Positions 19,632 to 30,605 of a stretch of DNA of 64,000 nucleotides are shown here, piece after piece. The notes under the pieces were generated by a model. The model had not been told where the DNA came from. It saw nothing but the letters and a program-made list of their open reading frames with translations, and did not search any database. Origin of the DNA: Candidatus Omnitrophota bacterium (GTDB taxonomy: Bacteria; Omnitrophota; Omnitrophia; Omnitrophales; Aquincolibacteriaceae); contig CAIOAT010000003.1 of assembly GCA_903856085.1 (NCBI GenBank), positions 173-64,172 of the forward strand, given 5' to 3'. A program made the position numbers and the translations under genes. Positions within the stretch are counted from its first letter, which is position 1; each line of letters begins with the position of its first letter.

Positions 19632-20825
19632 ATGTTTAAACCGTTTACGGTCGAACCGACGGGACGTCTCCAAAAATTGCCGCCTTATCTTTTTGCGGAG
19701 ATCGACAAGAAAAAGCGCGAGCTCATCGCCAAGGGGAAGGATGTGATCGATCTTGGAGTTGGCGACCCGGATATCCCGACGGCGGATTTCATCATTGAGG
19801 CCCTGAACGCCGCGTCCAGGAATCCGCGAAATCATCGCTATGCCCTCGACCAGGGGATGCCTGAATTCCGTCATGCGATCCGCGACTGGTTCCAGCACCG
19901 CTTTGGCGTAAAGCTCGATCCAGATAAAGAAATTCTCCCCCTTATCGGTTCCAAAGAAGGTATCGGGCATTTGCCGCTGGCGGTGCTGAATCCAGGCCAG
20001 ACCTGTTTGATCCCGGATCCGGGTTATCCGGTCTACCGTTCCGGGACGCTTTTTGCGGAGGGTATTCCCTATGCGATGCCGCTTCTTGAAAAGAACCATT
20101 ATCTTCCGGATTTCGACGTGATCCCGGCGGATGTACTGAAGAACGCCAAGCTCATGTTCCTTAACTATCCGAACAATCCGACCTCGCAGGTCGCAGACAA
20201 GGCTTTTTTTGAAAAGGCCGTGGCGTTTGCGCATAAGCACGGCATTTTGATCGCGCATGACGCGGCCTATTCGGAGATGTGCTATGAGGGTTTGAAGTCC
20301 CCGAGCATTCTGGAGATCCCCGGAGCCAAAGAGATCGCGGTGGAGCTTTTCTCACTTTCAAAAACTTATAGCATGACTGGCTGGCGCGTGGGCTTCGCAG
20401 TCGGGAACGCTCAAGTCTTGGCACTTCTTGCGAAGGTGAAGTCAAACCTGGATTCCGGTATTTTTCAGGCGATTCAGATCGCAGGGATCAACGCGCTTCA
20501 GACTGGGCAAAAGGAGTTGGAAAAGAACCTCAAGATCTATCAGGAACGCCGGGATCTTTTGGTGCAAGGGTTCCGGGACCTTGGATGGAAGATCGAAGCG
20601 CCGAAAGCGACTTTTTACGTCTGGATCCAAGTTCCGCCGGGATATACCTCCTCGGAATTGGCGCTGAAATTTTTGGACGAATTGAATATCGTCGTGACTC
20701 CTGGGAACGGTTTCGGGCCGAACGGGGAAGGGTATTTTAGGATCTCGCTTACCGTGGCGGAGTCGCGGATCATGGAAGCCCTCGATCGTATCAAGAAAAG
20801 CCATCCGCATCATTCCAAGCTTTAA
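19632..20825 (+). CDS. dapL: LL-diaminopimelate aminotransferase (class I PLP aminotransferase)
   Basis: LPPYLFAEID, LIGSKEGIGH, LNYPNNPT, SLSKTYSMTGWRVG. Confidence 0.82.
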   Translation: MFKPFTVEPTGRLQKLPPYLFAEIDKKKRELIAKGKDVIDLGVGDPDIPTADFIIEALNAASRNPRNHRYALDQGMPEFRHAIRDWFQHRFGVKLDPDKEILPLIGSKEGIGHLPLAVLNPGQTCLIPDPGYPVYRSGTLFAEGIPYAMPLLEKNHYLPDFDVIPADVLKNAKLMFLNYPNNPTSQVADKAFFEKAVAFAHKHGILIAHDAAYSEMCYEGLKSPSILEIPGAKEIAVELFSLSKTYSMTGWRVGFAVGNAQVLALLAKVKSNLDSGIFQAIQIAGINALQTGQKELEKNLKIYQERRDLLVQGFRDLGWKIEAPKATFYVWIQVPPGYTSSELALKFLDELNIVVTPGNGFGPNGEGYFRISLTVAESRIMEALDRIKKSHPHHSKL

Positions 20826-20841
20826 GACAGGCTTTTCCATT

Positions 20842-21390
20842 ATGCCCAAAGTCTTTGTCGGGGTCGGGTCCAATCTTGGGGACCGTGCGAGTTATCTCGA
20901 ATTCGCTCAAAAGGAACTTCTCTCGTGCGGCGTCACAGTCGCCGAATATTCTCCTGTCTATGAAACGGAGCCGGTGGAGGCTGAAGGCGGTCCCTTTCTG
21001 AATGCTGTTTGGAGTTTTGACACACAGCTTGCGGCACCAGTTCTTCTTGAAAAACTTCAACAGATTGAAGCTAAGGCAAATCGTCAGCGAAATAAGCTTC
21101 ACGAAGCACGGACGCTGGATCTCGATATCCTTTTCTACGGGGATCAGGTGATCCATGAGCCCGGATTCGTCGTACCGCACCCGAAGCTCCATGAACGGGC
21201 CTTCGTGCTCGTTCCGTTCTGTGATCTTGCTCCCGAATGGATGCATCCAGTCCTTGGAAGAACCATGAAACAGCTGCTCGAAGAACTTCATAGCCCGCAC
21301 GGAGTACGGCGTATCCCTCGGGGTTGCGTTGCTGAGGCGTACAGTGCAAAGCAATCTCCGAACACCATACCCCGTTGGCAGGACTCATGA
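20842..21390 (+). CDS. folK: 2-amino-4-hydroxy-6-hydroxymethyldihydropteridine diphosphokinase
   Basis: GVGSNLGD, YETEP, RTLDLDIL, PHPKLHERAFVLVP; about 30 extra C-terminal residues. Confidence 0.93.
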   Translation: MPKVFVGVGSNLGDRASYLEFAQKELLSCGVTVAEYSPVYETEPVEAEGGPFLNAVWSFDTQLAAPVLLEKLQQIEAKANRQRNKLHEARTLDLDILFYGDQVIHEPGFVVPHPKLHERAFVLVPFCDLAPEWMHPVLGRTMKQLLEELHSPHGVRRIPRGCVAEAYSAKQSPNTIPRWQDS

Positions 21391-22244
21391 TGAAACTCGT
21401 TCGGGATCCTGAAAAGCTTCAAAGAATGCTCCGGGAAGAACGTGCTCGTGGGAAATCCGTGGGTTTCGTTCCGACAATGGGCGCTTTGCATGAAGGACAT
21501 TTGTCGCTTGTGCGTGCCTCAAACCGCGAGAACGATATCACGATCGTGAGTATCTTCGTCAATCCCACGCAATTCGGGCCGAAAGAAGATCTCGCCAGGT
21601 ATCCTCGACCCACTCGCAGGGATCTCGACTTTCTCCGTGCGGCAAAAGTTGATTTTGTGTTCATGCCCTCTGTGGAAGCGATGTATCCTAAAGGACTGGC
21701 GGAACCTTTGAAGCTCAAAAACGCAAAGTGGCCGCGGCTTGCCAAAGGGCTTTGCGGGAAATTCAGGCCCGGGCATTTTTGCGGTGTGGCAACTGTCGTG
21801 ACGAAGCTCCTGAACATCACGGGGCTTTGCCGGCTCTATCTCGGTGCCAAGGATTTGCAGCAAGCTGCCGTTATCAGCCAACTCGTGCGTGATCTGGATA
21901 CAGATATCCAAGTGCGTGTAATGCCGACGGTGAGGGAGAAGGACGGACTTGCCATGAGTTCTCGGAACCGTTTTCTCAGTACGGATGAGCGGCGCCGCGC
22001 GCTTGCGATCTCGCGAATACTTTTCGGATTGAAACGCGAACTGCTGAGGAAGAGGTCTGTCGCCACTTTGAGGCTTCGAGCAATTCAGGAATTGAAGAAA
22101 AGCGTCGATCGGGTTCAGTATTTTGAGATCGTGGACCCTGGAACGCTTGTGCCGGTTAAAAAGCATCAAAAGAAAATGGCGGTAGCGACGGCCTGTTTTG
22201 TCGGCAAGACAAGGCTCATTGATAATGTTATAATTCGCGCCTAG
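21387..22244 (+). CDS. panC: Pantoate--beta-alanine ligase
   Basis: FVPTMGALHEGH, SIFVNPTQF, RPGHF, GLAMSSRN, RLIDN. Confidence 0.96.
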   Translation: MMKLVRDPEKLQRMLREERARGKSVGFVPTMGALHEGHLSLVRASNRENDITIVSIFVNPTQFGPKEDLARYPRPTRRDLDFLRAAKVDFVFMPSVEAMYPKGLAEPLKLKNAKWPRLAKGLCGKFRPGHFCGVATVVTKLLNITGLCRLYLGAKDLQQAAVISQLVRDLDTDIQVRVMPTVREKDGLAMSSRNRFLSTDERRRALAISRILFGLKRELLRKRSVATLRLRAIQELKKSVDRVQYFEIVDPGTLVPVKKHQKKMAVATACFVGKTRLIDNVIIRA

Positions 22245-22282
22245 TACGGTGTTAGTACGGATTCTGAGAATTTGAACTCCTG

Positions 22283-22320
22283 GACCGTAACCCTACGAAA
22301 ACAAATAAAAACGGTGCCAG
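22283..22320 (+). repeat. Repeat family 2 type A unit
   Basis: GACCGTAACCCTACGAAAACAAATAAAAACGGTG-CCAG, similar to 16703-16741. Confidence 0.65.
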
Positions 22321-22365
22321 CGGACTACTGAAAACTGATCGCTGAAATCTAAAGATAGAGGATTT

Positions 22366-22725
22366 ATGCAGAAACAAATGTTGGGTGGAAAGATCCACCG
22401 CGTGACCGTGACCGAAGCGTGTATCGATTACCCCGGCAGTATCACGATCGACAAAAAACTCATGAAGAGGGCGGATATTTTTCCTCATGAGAAAGTCCTG
22501 ATCGCGAATCTCACCAATGGTTCTCGTATTGAAAGCTATGCCATTCCGGGTCCCGCGGGATCCGGTGTGATTTGCCTGAACGGTGGTGCGGCCAAGCACG
22601 GGAAAGCGGGCGATATTGTCATCATTCTGACCTTTGTGGTGCTCACGGCCGCGGAAGCCAAAAAGCACAGACCCAAGGTCGTTTATGTTGATTCCAAGAA
22701 CCGCATCGTAAAGAAGGGGAAATGA
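22366..22725 (+). CDS. panD: Aspartate 1-decarboxylase
   Basis: KIHRVTVT, YPGSITID (pyruvoyl cleavage site), LNGGAA. Confidence 0.95.
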   Translation: MQKQMLGGKIHRVTVTEACIDYPGSITIDKKLMKRADIFPHEKVLIANLTNGSRIESYAIPGPAGSGVICLNGGAAKHGKAGDIVIILTFVVLTAAEAKKHRPKVVYVDSKNRIVKKGK

Positions 22726-23537
22726 AAAAAAAGATCAGGGTCGGGATCATCGGTGGGGGGACGATCGGAACGGCGCTTGCACAAGCCGTGGTGACAGACT
22801 TGAAGGCTTTTGCGCAGCTTAAGTTCCTGTGTGAAAAGCACAAGGAAAAGGCGGCTGCGCTTCAGGAAAAGTACAAATTTTTTGCCCGTCTGGTTCCGCT
22901 GACCGAACTGGTTCGCCGTTCAGATTTGATCATCGAGGCCGCATCCCCCAAGGTTGCGGCGCAGGTCGTGAGGCTTGCGTGCGAATGGAATAAAAAGGTT
23001 CTGATCATGAGTGTGGGAGGATTGCTCCAGCCGCAAGTGGTCGAACTTCTCAAAAAGAATCGGTCCCGGATCTTTTGCCCCTCCGGGGCGATTACGGGCG
23101 TGGACGGCGTTCTGGCCGCGGCGAACGGGAAGATCCGGAAGGTTCGGTTGATCACGCGCAAACCTCCCGAGGCGTTGATGGGCGCGGCATATTTTCTCAA
23201 GAAAAGATTCCCAGTTCTCAAGACTTTTTCTGAGGAGAAGCGTATCTTCCGCGGAGCGGCGATCGAAGCCATCGAGCATTTCCCGCAGAACATCAATGTT
23301 GCTGCGGTTCTGAGCCTCGCGGGGATCGGTCCCGAGCGCACGCAGGTGGAGATCTGGACCTCTCGCTCCTACAAAGGGAACCGACATGAGATCTTGGTAG
23401 AAGGGGATTTCGGTATGTTTACTACCGTTACGCAGAACAAACCGGCGCCTGGAAATCCCAAGACGAGCTATCTGGCCATTCTCTCCGCGATCGCCACGCT
23501 CAAAAAAGCCTTCGCTTCTGTCCGCGTCGGGACCTGA
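22722..23537 (+). CDS. nadX: L-aspartate dehydrogenase
   Basis: GxGxx[33 protein letters not shown]. Confidence 0.9.
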   Translation: MKKKIRVGIIGGGTIGTALAQAVVTDLKAFAQLKFLCEKHKEKAAALQEKYKFFARLVPLTELVRRSDLIIEAASPKVAAQVVRLACEWNKKVLIMSVGGLLQPQVVELLKKNRSRIFCPSGAITGVDGVLAAANGKIRKVRLITRKPPEALMGAAYFLKKRFPVLKTFSEEKRIFRGAAIEAIEHFPQNINVAAVLSLAGIGPERTQVEIWTSRSYKGNRHEILVEGDFGMFTTVTQNKPAPGNPKTSYLAILSAIATLKKAFASVRVGT

Positions 23538-23565
23538 ACGGGCCGGTTTGTAAGGAATCCCTCGC

Positions 23566-26433
23566 ATGGACGAATTCATTGAAGTTCGCGGGGCACGGGA
23601 ACACAATCTCAAGAATTTATCGCTCAAGATTCCTCGTAACAAGGTCACGGTCATTACCGGTCTTTCCGGTTCCGGAAAATCCTCGCTTGCGTTCGATACG
23701 ATCTACGCCGAAGGCCAGCGCCGTTATCTCGAAAGTCTTTCTTCTTACGCCAAGCAATTTCTCGAAAAACTCAAGAAGCCTGACGTGGATCATATCTCCG
23801 GGCTTTCTCCGGCCATTGCGATCGAACAGCGCTCCGTTACGCATAATCCGCGCTCGACCGTCGCCACCGTAACCGAAATTTATGATTATCTGAGGCTTCT
23901 TTTTGCCAAGGTCGGGATTCCTTATTGTCCCTCGTGTCATGAACCGCTTCAGAGTCAGACCCGTGAGGACCTTTTGAAGGATCTTCTTTCGCGTTTTGCG
24001 GGACGTGAAGTGCAGATCCTGGCGCCGCTTGCACGAGGACGTAAGGGGGAATTCCAGAAACTTTTCCAAGATGCCCTAAAAAAGGGTTTTGACCGGGCGC
24101 GTATCGACGGGAGTGTGAGGCTCATCAAGCAGGATATGAAGCTCCGGAAATCCGTGCGCCACGACATTGAGATCGTAATCGACGAACTAACACCTCTTCG
24201 GAGTGAGGACAAGCCCCATTCCCCGTCAAAGGATTCAAGGGTTAATGGAGCTAGCCCTAATCCTTTGTCAGAAGAAAATAGATGCCAGGACAAACGTTTT
24301 AGGAATTCCTTTATCTGCGCATTGGATTTCACCAAAGGACATGTTGCGATCCTGGAAAAGGAGGGGGTCGGCGAGGGGAAGCTTCATTTTTTTTCCACGA
24401 CCAAAACCTGCGCCAAGTGTCAGATCAGTTTGCCGGATCTTACGCCCAACATGTTCTCCTTCAACAGCCCTTACGGAGCCTGTCCGAAATGCAAAGGGCT
24501 CGGGAAGCTTTCGCAGATCTTCGTGAAGGGTGTGATCTCCTTCCCGCAGAAACCGCTTATGAGCGCGCTCAATAAAGACGTTTTTTTCTCGTTCAATAAA
24601 TATTTTTTCGAGGATCTCTTGCATGACCTCACGGAGAAATATAACTTTGAATGGGATACGCCGTATCGGGATTGGCCGGAAGACGCTCAAGAAGTCTTCT
24701 TTCTTGGAGATGGGGATATTTCCGGGCTTGTGGAAGAATGGGAACGACTTTTCCACGAGACGAATTCTGAGGAGGTGCGCGCGAAAGTCCGGAAATTTTT
24801 GCGCGAGGAGATCTGTCCGGAATGCGCAGGCAAACGGCTCCGAAAAGAAAGCCTCGGCGTCCTTATTCAGGGAAAAAATATCGCCGAGGTCACGGCTTTA
24901 CCCGTCGATGAAGCGGTGCCGTTTTTTCGGAGTCTGCGTTTTCAAAACACGCAGGAAGTGATCGCCGAACCCATTCTCAGGGAGGTCCGCGAACGGCTTT
25001 CGTTCCTACTTAATATCGGACTGGGGTATCTCGCGCTCGATCGCACCGTTGCGACTTTAGCCGGAGGGGAACTCCAGCGCATCCGGCTTGCGGCCCAGAT
25101 CGGACTTGGACTGACCGGCGTGCTCTATGTTTTGGATGAACCGAGCATCGGTCTGCATCCGCGTGATAACGGGAAGCTTTTGGACGCGCTTGAAAAACTT
25201 CGTGATCTCAAGAATACGGTGCTTGTGGTGGAACACGACGAGGAGACGATCCGGCGGGCCGATCATGTGATCGATCTTGGACCGGGGGCAGGCATCGAGG
25301 GCGGAGAGATTGTGGCGCAGGGAAAACTTGCCGAGATGAAGGATTGTCCCAAGTCGCTGACGCTCAAGTATCTTTCCGGCGAGCTTTCGATCGAGGTGCC
25401 CCGAGAGCGCAAGGACGGTCGTAAGGCCCCGAAACTGATTGTGAAAGGATGCCGTGAACATAATCTGAAAAATATCGATGTGGTCTTTCCCCTCGGGCTC
25501 TTTATTTGCGTGACCGGCGTCTCAGGTTCCGGTAAGAGTACGCTTGTTCACGATATTCTATACAAGGAAATCCATAACCGGATCTGGAAGACGCAATACA
25601 AGGTGGGTGCATTCGGGACACTCGAGGGAGCGGACCGGATCGATAAAATGATCGAGATCGACCAGGCGCCGATCGGCCGCACGCCGCGTTCCAACCCCGC
25701 AACCTACACGGATATTTTTGGTTTTATCCGGAAGCTTTATAGCGATATGGAGCTTTCCAAGCTCCGTCGTTATTCCCAGTCACGGTTCAGTTTTAATCTC
25801 AAAGGCGGGCGCTGCGAGAATTGCCGGGGAGCGGGATCGGAGAAACTCGAGATGAGTTTTATGCCGGACCTTTTTGTGGTTTGTGAATCTTGTCGCGGAA
25901 AGCGTTATAACGAGCCAACGCTCGAGGTTCGCTATCAAGGCAAGAACATTGCGGAGGTGTTGGACCTTTCGGTCCGCGAGGCGATCGGATTTTTTGCGAG
26001 GCTCTCCATGATCCGTGAGCGGTTGGAGGTTCTCGAAGCGGTCGGGCTGGGTTATCTGAAACTCGGACAATCGTCCACCACACTTTCAGGCGGGGAGGCC
26101 CAGAGAATCAAGATCGCTGCCGAGCTCATCAAGAAGGCGACGGGGAAAACGCTTTATCTTCTGGATGAACCCACGACCGGCCTTCACTTTGGGGATATCC
26201 AGCATCTTCTTAAGGCACTCTTTGATCTCCGGAGTCAGGGCAACACGGTCGTGGTAATCGAGCACAATCTGGATGTCATCAAGATGGCAGATTACGTGAT
26301 CGATCTGGGGCCTGAGGGCGGGAAGGAGGGGGGGCGTATTGTGGCCTGTGGCTCTCCAGAAGAGGTCGCCGGAGTTTCAAGCTCCTATACAGGGCGGTTT
26401 CTTCGCAAGGTTCTTGGAATAGAGGTCGGATGA
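23566..26433 (+). CDS. uvrA: Excinuclease ABC subunit A
   Basis: Two ABC ATPase modules ([18 protein letters not shown]), zinc fingers, LSGGEAQR. Confidence 0.97.
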   Translation: MDEFIEVRGAREHNLKNLSLKIPRNKVTVITGLSGSGKSSLAFDTIYAEGQRRYLESLSSYAKQFLEKLKKPDVDHISGLSPAIAIEQRSVTHNPRSTVATVTEIYDYLRLLFAKVGIPYCPSCHEPLQSQTREDLLKDLLSRFAGREVQILAPLARGRKGEFQKLFQDALKKGFDRARIDGSVRLIKQDMKLRKSVRHDIEIVIDELTPLRSEDKPHSPSKDSRVNGASPNPLSEENRCQDKRFRNSFICALDFTKGHVAILEKEGVGEGKLHFFSTTKTCAKCQISLPDLTPNMFSFNSPYGACPKCKGLGKLSQIFVKGVISFPQKPLMSALNKDVFFSFNKYFFEDLLHDLTEKYNFEWDTPYRDWPEDAQEVFFLGDGDISGLVEEWERLFHETNSEEVRAKVRKFLREEICPECAGKRLRKESLGVLIQGKNIAEVTALPVDEAVPFFRSLRFQNTQEVIAEPILREVRERLSFLLNIGLGYLALDRTVATLAGGELQRIRLAAQIGLGLTGVLYVLDEPSIGLHPRDNGKLLDALEKLRDLKNTVLVVEHDEETIRRADHVIDLGPGAGIEGGEIVAQGKLAEMKDCPKSLTLKYLSGELSIEVPRERKDGRKAPKLIVKGCREHNLKNIDVVFPLGLFICVTGVSGSGKSTLVHDILYKEIHNRIWKTQYKVGAFGTLEGADRIDKMIEIDQAPIGRTPRSNPATYTDIFGFIRKLYSDMELSKLRRYSQSRFSFNLKGGRCENCRGAGSEKLEMSFMPDLFVVCESCRGKRYNEPTLEVRYQGKNIAEVLDLSVREAIGFFARLSMIRERLEVLEAVGLGYLKLGQSSTTLSGGEAQRIKIAAELIKKATGKTLYLLDEPTTGLHFGDIQHLLKALFDLRSQGNTVVVIEHNLDVIKMADYVIDLGPEGGKEGGRIVACGSPEEVAGVSSSYTGRFLRKVLGIEVG

Positions 26434-26545
26434 ATGTTCGCGTTCGTTCAAAGGGAAAATAATAAAGTTCTTTTAAATGAAATCGTTCCTTGTTATATTA
26501 TGCATGTTCGTTTGATGTAAATTCTGTTTCAAAAGGAGCTCCCCC

Positions 26546-26749
26546 ATGATCATGGAAATCGGAATTGTTGCCGGAGAGATTTGGCATTTTCTTGATGATA
26601 AGAAAAGCGCCACCGCGGATGAACTTACCAAAGGATTAAAACGCCCTCGCGAACTCGTGATGATGAGCCTCGGTTGGCTTGCTCGTGAAGGTCACGTCAC
26701 CTTGGGGACTCCTGAAAGCGGTTACTCGGCGACGCTCAATCGAAAATAA
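26546..26749 (+). CDS. Small winged-helix protein (DUF2582-like)
   Basis: IGIVAGEIWHFL...LGWLAREG; AAGGAG RBS. Confidence 0.75.
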   Translation: MIMEIGIVAGEIWHFLDDKKSATADELTKGLKRPRELVMMSLGWLAREGHVTLGTPESGYSATLNRK

Positions 26750-26758
26750 TCAACACGC

Positions 26759-27070
26759 GTGAAGTATTGCTGCGTTCTTAGCACCGTTCCCGATATTAAA
26801 AAGGCCCGCCAGTTGGCGGGCCTTTTAGTTTCCAGAAGGCTTGCGGCATGCGTTCAGATCCTTCCCGGTCTCGAATCCCATTACCGGTGGCGCGGCAAAA
26901 AAGAAACCTCCCGGGAAGTTCTCCTTCTTATTAAGACCAAAATCTCTGTCTATAAAAAGCTCGAGAAAGTCGTCCTTCAGAATCATCCCTATGAAGTCCC
27001 CGAAGTCATCTGCCTGCCCATTGCCAAGGGTAGTAAGGCTTATTTAGATTGGCTGGGCGAAGAGGTCTGA
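26759..27070 (+). CDS. cutA: Divalent-cation tolerance protein CutA
   Basis: LAACVQI, SHYRWRG, HPYEVPEVI, YLDW. Confidence 0.93.
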   Translation: MKYCCVLSTVPDIKKARQLAGLLVSRRLAACVQILPGLESHYRWRGKKETSREVLLLIKTKISVYKKLEKVVLQNHPYEVPEVICLPIAKGSKAYLDWLGEEV

Positions 27071-27115
27071 TATGTCCATGGGCGTTCGGTTTCAATCTCG
27101 GCCAGGTAACTTTTA

Positions 27116-29353
27116 ATGACACGAAAAAATAAAAATTCTCAAACCATAGTTGCGTCAAAGGCTACGGTAGCGGATCGACCGATAGCTTTTTCCTGGACAC
27201 GAACTGCGCTCATCTTGGGGTGCGTTCTTATCTTGGGGCTTGTGATCTATTCGAATACGTGGAAAGTTCCTTTCGTGTTCGATGACAATCCGATCATTGA
27301 GGAGAACACGTCGCTCCGAGATCTTACCCTCACGACCCTTCCCAAAATCTGGATTCTCAACGTGAAAACAAGGTTTTTGCCTTTTCTTTCACTTGCCGTG
27401 AATTGGGCATTGGGAGGGAAGCAGGTGACGGGCTATCACATTTTTAATTTCAGCGTGCATATGCTGAACGCGACCCTTGTCTTTTTTTTGATGTCTCTCA
27501 TTCTGGTGACGCCCAAGATGCGCGGGATTTATTCGCAGAAGGCGGCCCTTTATCTGGCCACCTTTAGTGCCCTAATCTTTATGGCCCATCCTCTCCAGAC
27601 ACAGGCTGTGACCTATATTGTCCAGCGCATGACTTCCATGGCCGCTTTTTTTTATCTTGGAGCGATTGTTTTATATCTTAAGGCGCGTTTCGGATCGGGA
27701 GGTTTGTACTATGGGGCGGCGCTCGGAATGGCTGTTGGGGCGATGTTCTGCAAAGAGAACGCAGCCACCCTGCCTTTTGCAATTCTCATGGTCGAATTCA
27801 TTTTTTTTGATCAAAAGGATGGAAAAGTAAAAACCCTTATACGGTTGGTTCCTTTTTTCGCAACGTTGATCATCATCCCTTATTTTGTTCATTCAGATAT
27901 TGCGTACCAAGGTTTTAATCAGCACGGGCTTATCCCGCTCGAAACGAAGGCCCTTCCTCGCGGAAAGTATTTTTTGACGCAGCTAAATGTCCTGGGCACT
28001 TACTTGCGCTTATTCCTTTTTCCGGTGAATCAGAATCTGGACTATGACTATCCGGTGGCCCATTCCCTCACGGAACTTAAGACGTTCGCGTCCGCTCTCA
28101 TGCTGTTGGGGTTAGGGGGGGCCGGGGTGGTTTTCCTCAAACAGAACCGGCTTGTATCTTTTGCGATCTTCTGGTTTTTTTTGACGCTGAGCGTGGAATC
28201 AAGCATCATGCCGATTCGAGATGTGATTTTTGAGCAACGCATGTATCTGCCATTGGCGGGTATGACGGTTTTGCTAGCGATAGGGCTGCTTTATTTTTTC
28301 GAGCAGTTGTCCTATGCCGTGATTGCTTGTGTTGTCGTGACCCTTGTTTTTTCTTCCATGACTTATGCCCGGAATAATGTCTGGCGGTCGGAGGCCACGC
28401 TTTGGGAAGATGCCATCCGTAAATCGCCGGAAAAAGCCAGGCCGTATAATAATCTTGGAACGACCTACGTGGAGCGCGGGAGACATAAAGAAGCACGGGC
28501 GCTCTTCGAAAAGGCGATCCAAAAAGATCCACGCTACGCGTCAGCCTATTTTAATCTCGCGAGCTCTTGTGATGCCCTGGGAGATCTCGGAAAAGCCGAG
28601 GAGTTTTATAAGAAGAGCCTGGAGCTCGATCCGGAGTATTTATCGCCTTATAACAATCTCGGAATTATTTATGGAAACAGAGGCGAGTATCAGAAAGCAA
28701 TTGAGATATTAGAGAAAGCCCTTAAGATTTCGCCCCAATTTGTTGTCGCCTATGACAATTTGGGGGTTTATTACGATCGCATGGGGGATGTTGCAAAGGG
28801 GATAACGTATTTTGAAAAAGCTATCAAAACGAATCCCTATTTTGTGCCGGCTCTTATTCATTTGGGGCAAGTCCTCGCCCACCAGAAAGCGGGGAGGCTG
28901 GACGAGGCGGTCAACACTTTTGAAAAAGCGATCAATCTGGCGCCGAATGATCCGGAACCTGTTTTGGAGCTTGGTAAGGTTTATCTCCGGAAAGGCGAAA
29001 AAGAGAAAGTAGAGGGGCAAATCCGGAGGCTTGAGGAAATGCATTTTCCGAAGCTAGCGCAAGAATTAAAAGCTCTGCTCGCGCAGGGGCCTGAATTTCT
29101 CGACACAGGTCTGCCGATGAAGAAATTTCGTGTTGTGGGGTCGAAACTGGAGGGGACGGGGGAGATGTCCGAGGAAGACAAAGAGCTCATGAATATCCTG
29201 GAGACAGCCAAAATAGTCGAAGATGGTAGACGGATCCAGGCGATTAGGAATCTGCCCAAAGCGATCCCTCCGGTCTTCCCAGTCACAGGCTTCGGCGGGC
29301 CGGCGTTTGTAAAAGAAAAACTTCAGAAAGCCGGCGCCGAAAAAAAAGCATAG
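27116..29353 (+). CDS. TMTC-like multi-pass GT-C glycosyltransferase with C-terminal TPR repeats
   Basis: FVFDD luminal motif, HPLQTQAVTYIVQR, KE, EQRMYLP, then TPR repeats. Confidence 0.8.
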   Translation: MTRKNKNSQTIVASKATVADRPIAFSWTRTALILGCVLILGLVIYSNTWKVPFVFDDNPIIEENTSLRDLTLTTLPKIWILNVKTRFLPFLSLAVNWALGGKQVTGYHIFNFSVHMLNATLVFFLMSLILVTPKMRGIYSQKAALYLATFSALIFMAHPLQTQAVTYIVQRMTSMAAFFYLGAIVLYLKARFGSGGLYYGAALGMAVGAMFCKENAATLPFAILMVEFIFFDQKDGKVKTLIRLVPFFATLIIIPYFVHSDIAYQGFNQHGLIPLETKALPRGKYFLTQLNVLGTYLRLFLFPVNQNLDYDYPVAHSLTELKTFASALMLLGLGGAGVVFLKQNRLVSFAIFWFFLTLSVESSIMPIRDVIFEQRMYLPLAGMTVLLAIGLLYFFEQLSYAVIACVVVTLVFSSMTYARNNVWRSEATLWEDAIRKSPEKARPYNNLGTTYVERGRHKEARALFEKAIQKDPRYASAYFNLASSCDALGDLGKAEEFYKKSLELDPEYLSPYNNLGIIYGNRGEYQKAIEILEKALKISPQFVVAYDNLGVYYDRMGDVAKGITYFEKAIKTNPYFVPALIHLGQVLAHQKAGRLDEAVNTFEKAINLAPNDPEPVLELGKVYLRKGEKEKVEGQIRRLEEMHFPKLAQELKALLAQGPEFLDTGLPMKKFRVVGSKLEGTGEMSEEDKELMNILETAKIVEDGRRIQAIRNLPKAIPPVFPVTGFGGPAFVKEKLQKAGAEKKA

Positions 29354-29397
29354 TTTTTTTAGAAGTGTTAAGGCCGCGTTCGATGGATTTGAGGGAA

Positions 29398-29952
29398 TTA
29401 GATCTTAGAAGGTGAAACGGCGATGAAGACCCTGGCGGTCTTCTGGCCATCATTGACAATCTGATGGGGGAATGAGGCGTCGAAATAGAGAGTTTCCTGC
29501 GCCTTCAGCTCATATTCTTGAGTTTCAAGCTTAACCTTGACGTGCCCATCAAGGACCCACACGAATTTCTCAACGCCGCGTTCGTTATGCTCCTTCTCCG
29601 TCTTGCCCCCGCTCTGGAGAGTTAAGAGGAGTGGAGTGATCTTCTTCTTGGAGCTTTCCTGCGTGAGCACTTCCACATGAACGTCTTTGGTGTGATGTGT
29701 GGCCGCGCGCGCTTCCTTGGCCTGATGGCTGATCTGCTCGTAACGACGATCAACCCCGGTATAGAGTTCGGAAAGCCCAATGCCGAGCGTCTCGGCGATC
29801 TTTTCATGGCTCTCGACCGTTCCGATCATGGTGCCGGTCTCGATGCGGGAAAGAGTGGCCTGAGCGATGCCGGTTTTTTGAGAGATCTCGACTAAGGTGA
29901 GGCCTTTTTCCCTGCGAAGCGTTCGGATGCGTTGCCCTAAATTTTTCAGCAT
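29398..29952 (-). CDS. XRE-family HTH regulator with cupin domain
   Basis: LGQRIRTLRREKGLTL...QATLSRIE; cupin E.F.WVLDG...YFDASFPH. Confidence 0.9.
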   Translation of the reverse strand: MLKNLGQRIRTLRREKGLTLVEISQKTGIAQATLSRIETGTMIGTVESHEKIAETLGIGLSELYTGVDRRYEQISHQAKEARAATHHTKDVHVEVLTQESSKKKITPLLLTLQSGGKTEKEHNERGVEKFVWVLDGHVKVKLETQEYELKAQETLYFDASFPHQIVNDGQKTARVFIAVSPSKI

Positions 29953-29958
29953 GACCAT

Positions 29959-30068
29959 ATTTTAACGGAAGGGCCCCATCCGTCAAGTGTAATATAACAA
30001 TAATGAATAAAAAAGCTATATCAAAAATGAAATATAATATTGACATAAAATCATATTTATGTTACGCT
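29959..30068. promoter_or_regulatory. Back-to-back promoters and candidate operators between the XRE gene and comEA
   Basis: Minus strand TTGACG-16-TAAAAT; plus strand TTGACA (30040)-17-TACGCT with TG extension; inverted repeat ACATAAA-N6-TTTATGT (30043-30062). Confidence 0.65.
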
Positions 30069-30098
30069 CCTGTCAACGTCAAACAAGGAGGTGTCAAC

Positions 30099-30440
30099 AT
30101 GATGAACAGAACAGAAGTGAAGCGGGCTTTGGGAGTATTGGCCATTGCTGCATTTTTCTTCGGGGGTCTTTCCATGATCGCTGCGGAGAAGGTGCTGGCC
30201 AGTCAGCCTAAGGCGACTTTGCAGCTTCAAGGTCAGGACAAGCCTGCGGTGATGGTGAACATCAATAAAGCCACCACGGAAGAACTGATCAAGGTTCGGG
30301 GGATCGGACCGGTCATGGCCAAGCGGATCATCGAGCATCGCGATAAGAACGGCGCGTTTAAGTCGATCGACGATCTGACGCAAGTCCAGGGGATTGGTGG
30401 CAATAAGCTGCAGCGCATTAAAGATCAAATCATGGTCTAA
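30099..30440 (+). CDS. comEA: ComEA-like helix-hairpin-helix DNA-binding protein
   Basis: AAGGAGG RBS, signal/TM, VNINKAT.EEL..VRGIGP..AKRII, VQGIG. Confidence 0.88.
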   Translation: MMNRTEVKRALGVLAIAAFFFGGLSMIAAEKVLASQPKATLQLQGQDKPAVMVNINKATTEELIKVRGIGPVMAKRIIEHRDKNGAFKSIDDLTQVQGIGGNKLQRIKDQIMV

Positions 30441-30605
30441 AGCCTGATTGGAGACCCGTACGGAAAGGGGCAGATCCTGCATTTTGGGACTACCCCTCTT
30501 TCGCCGCCGTTTCTGGCTTCTGTTTAAATTTAAAAGTAGCCGGGCTTGTACGGACTCACCTGAGTGGAAGAAAAATGAGCATCAGCACGGAGGAAGGAGA
30601 TTGAT

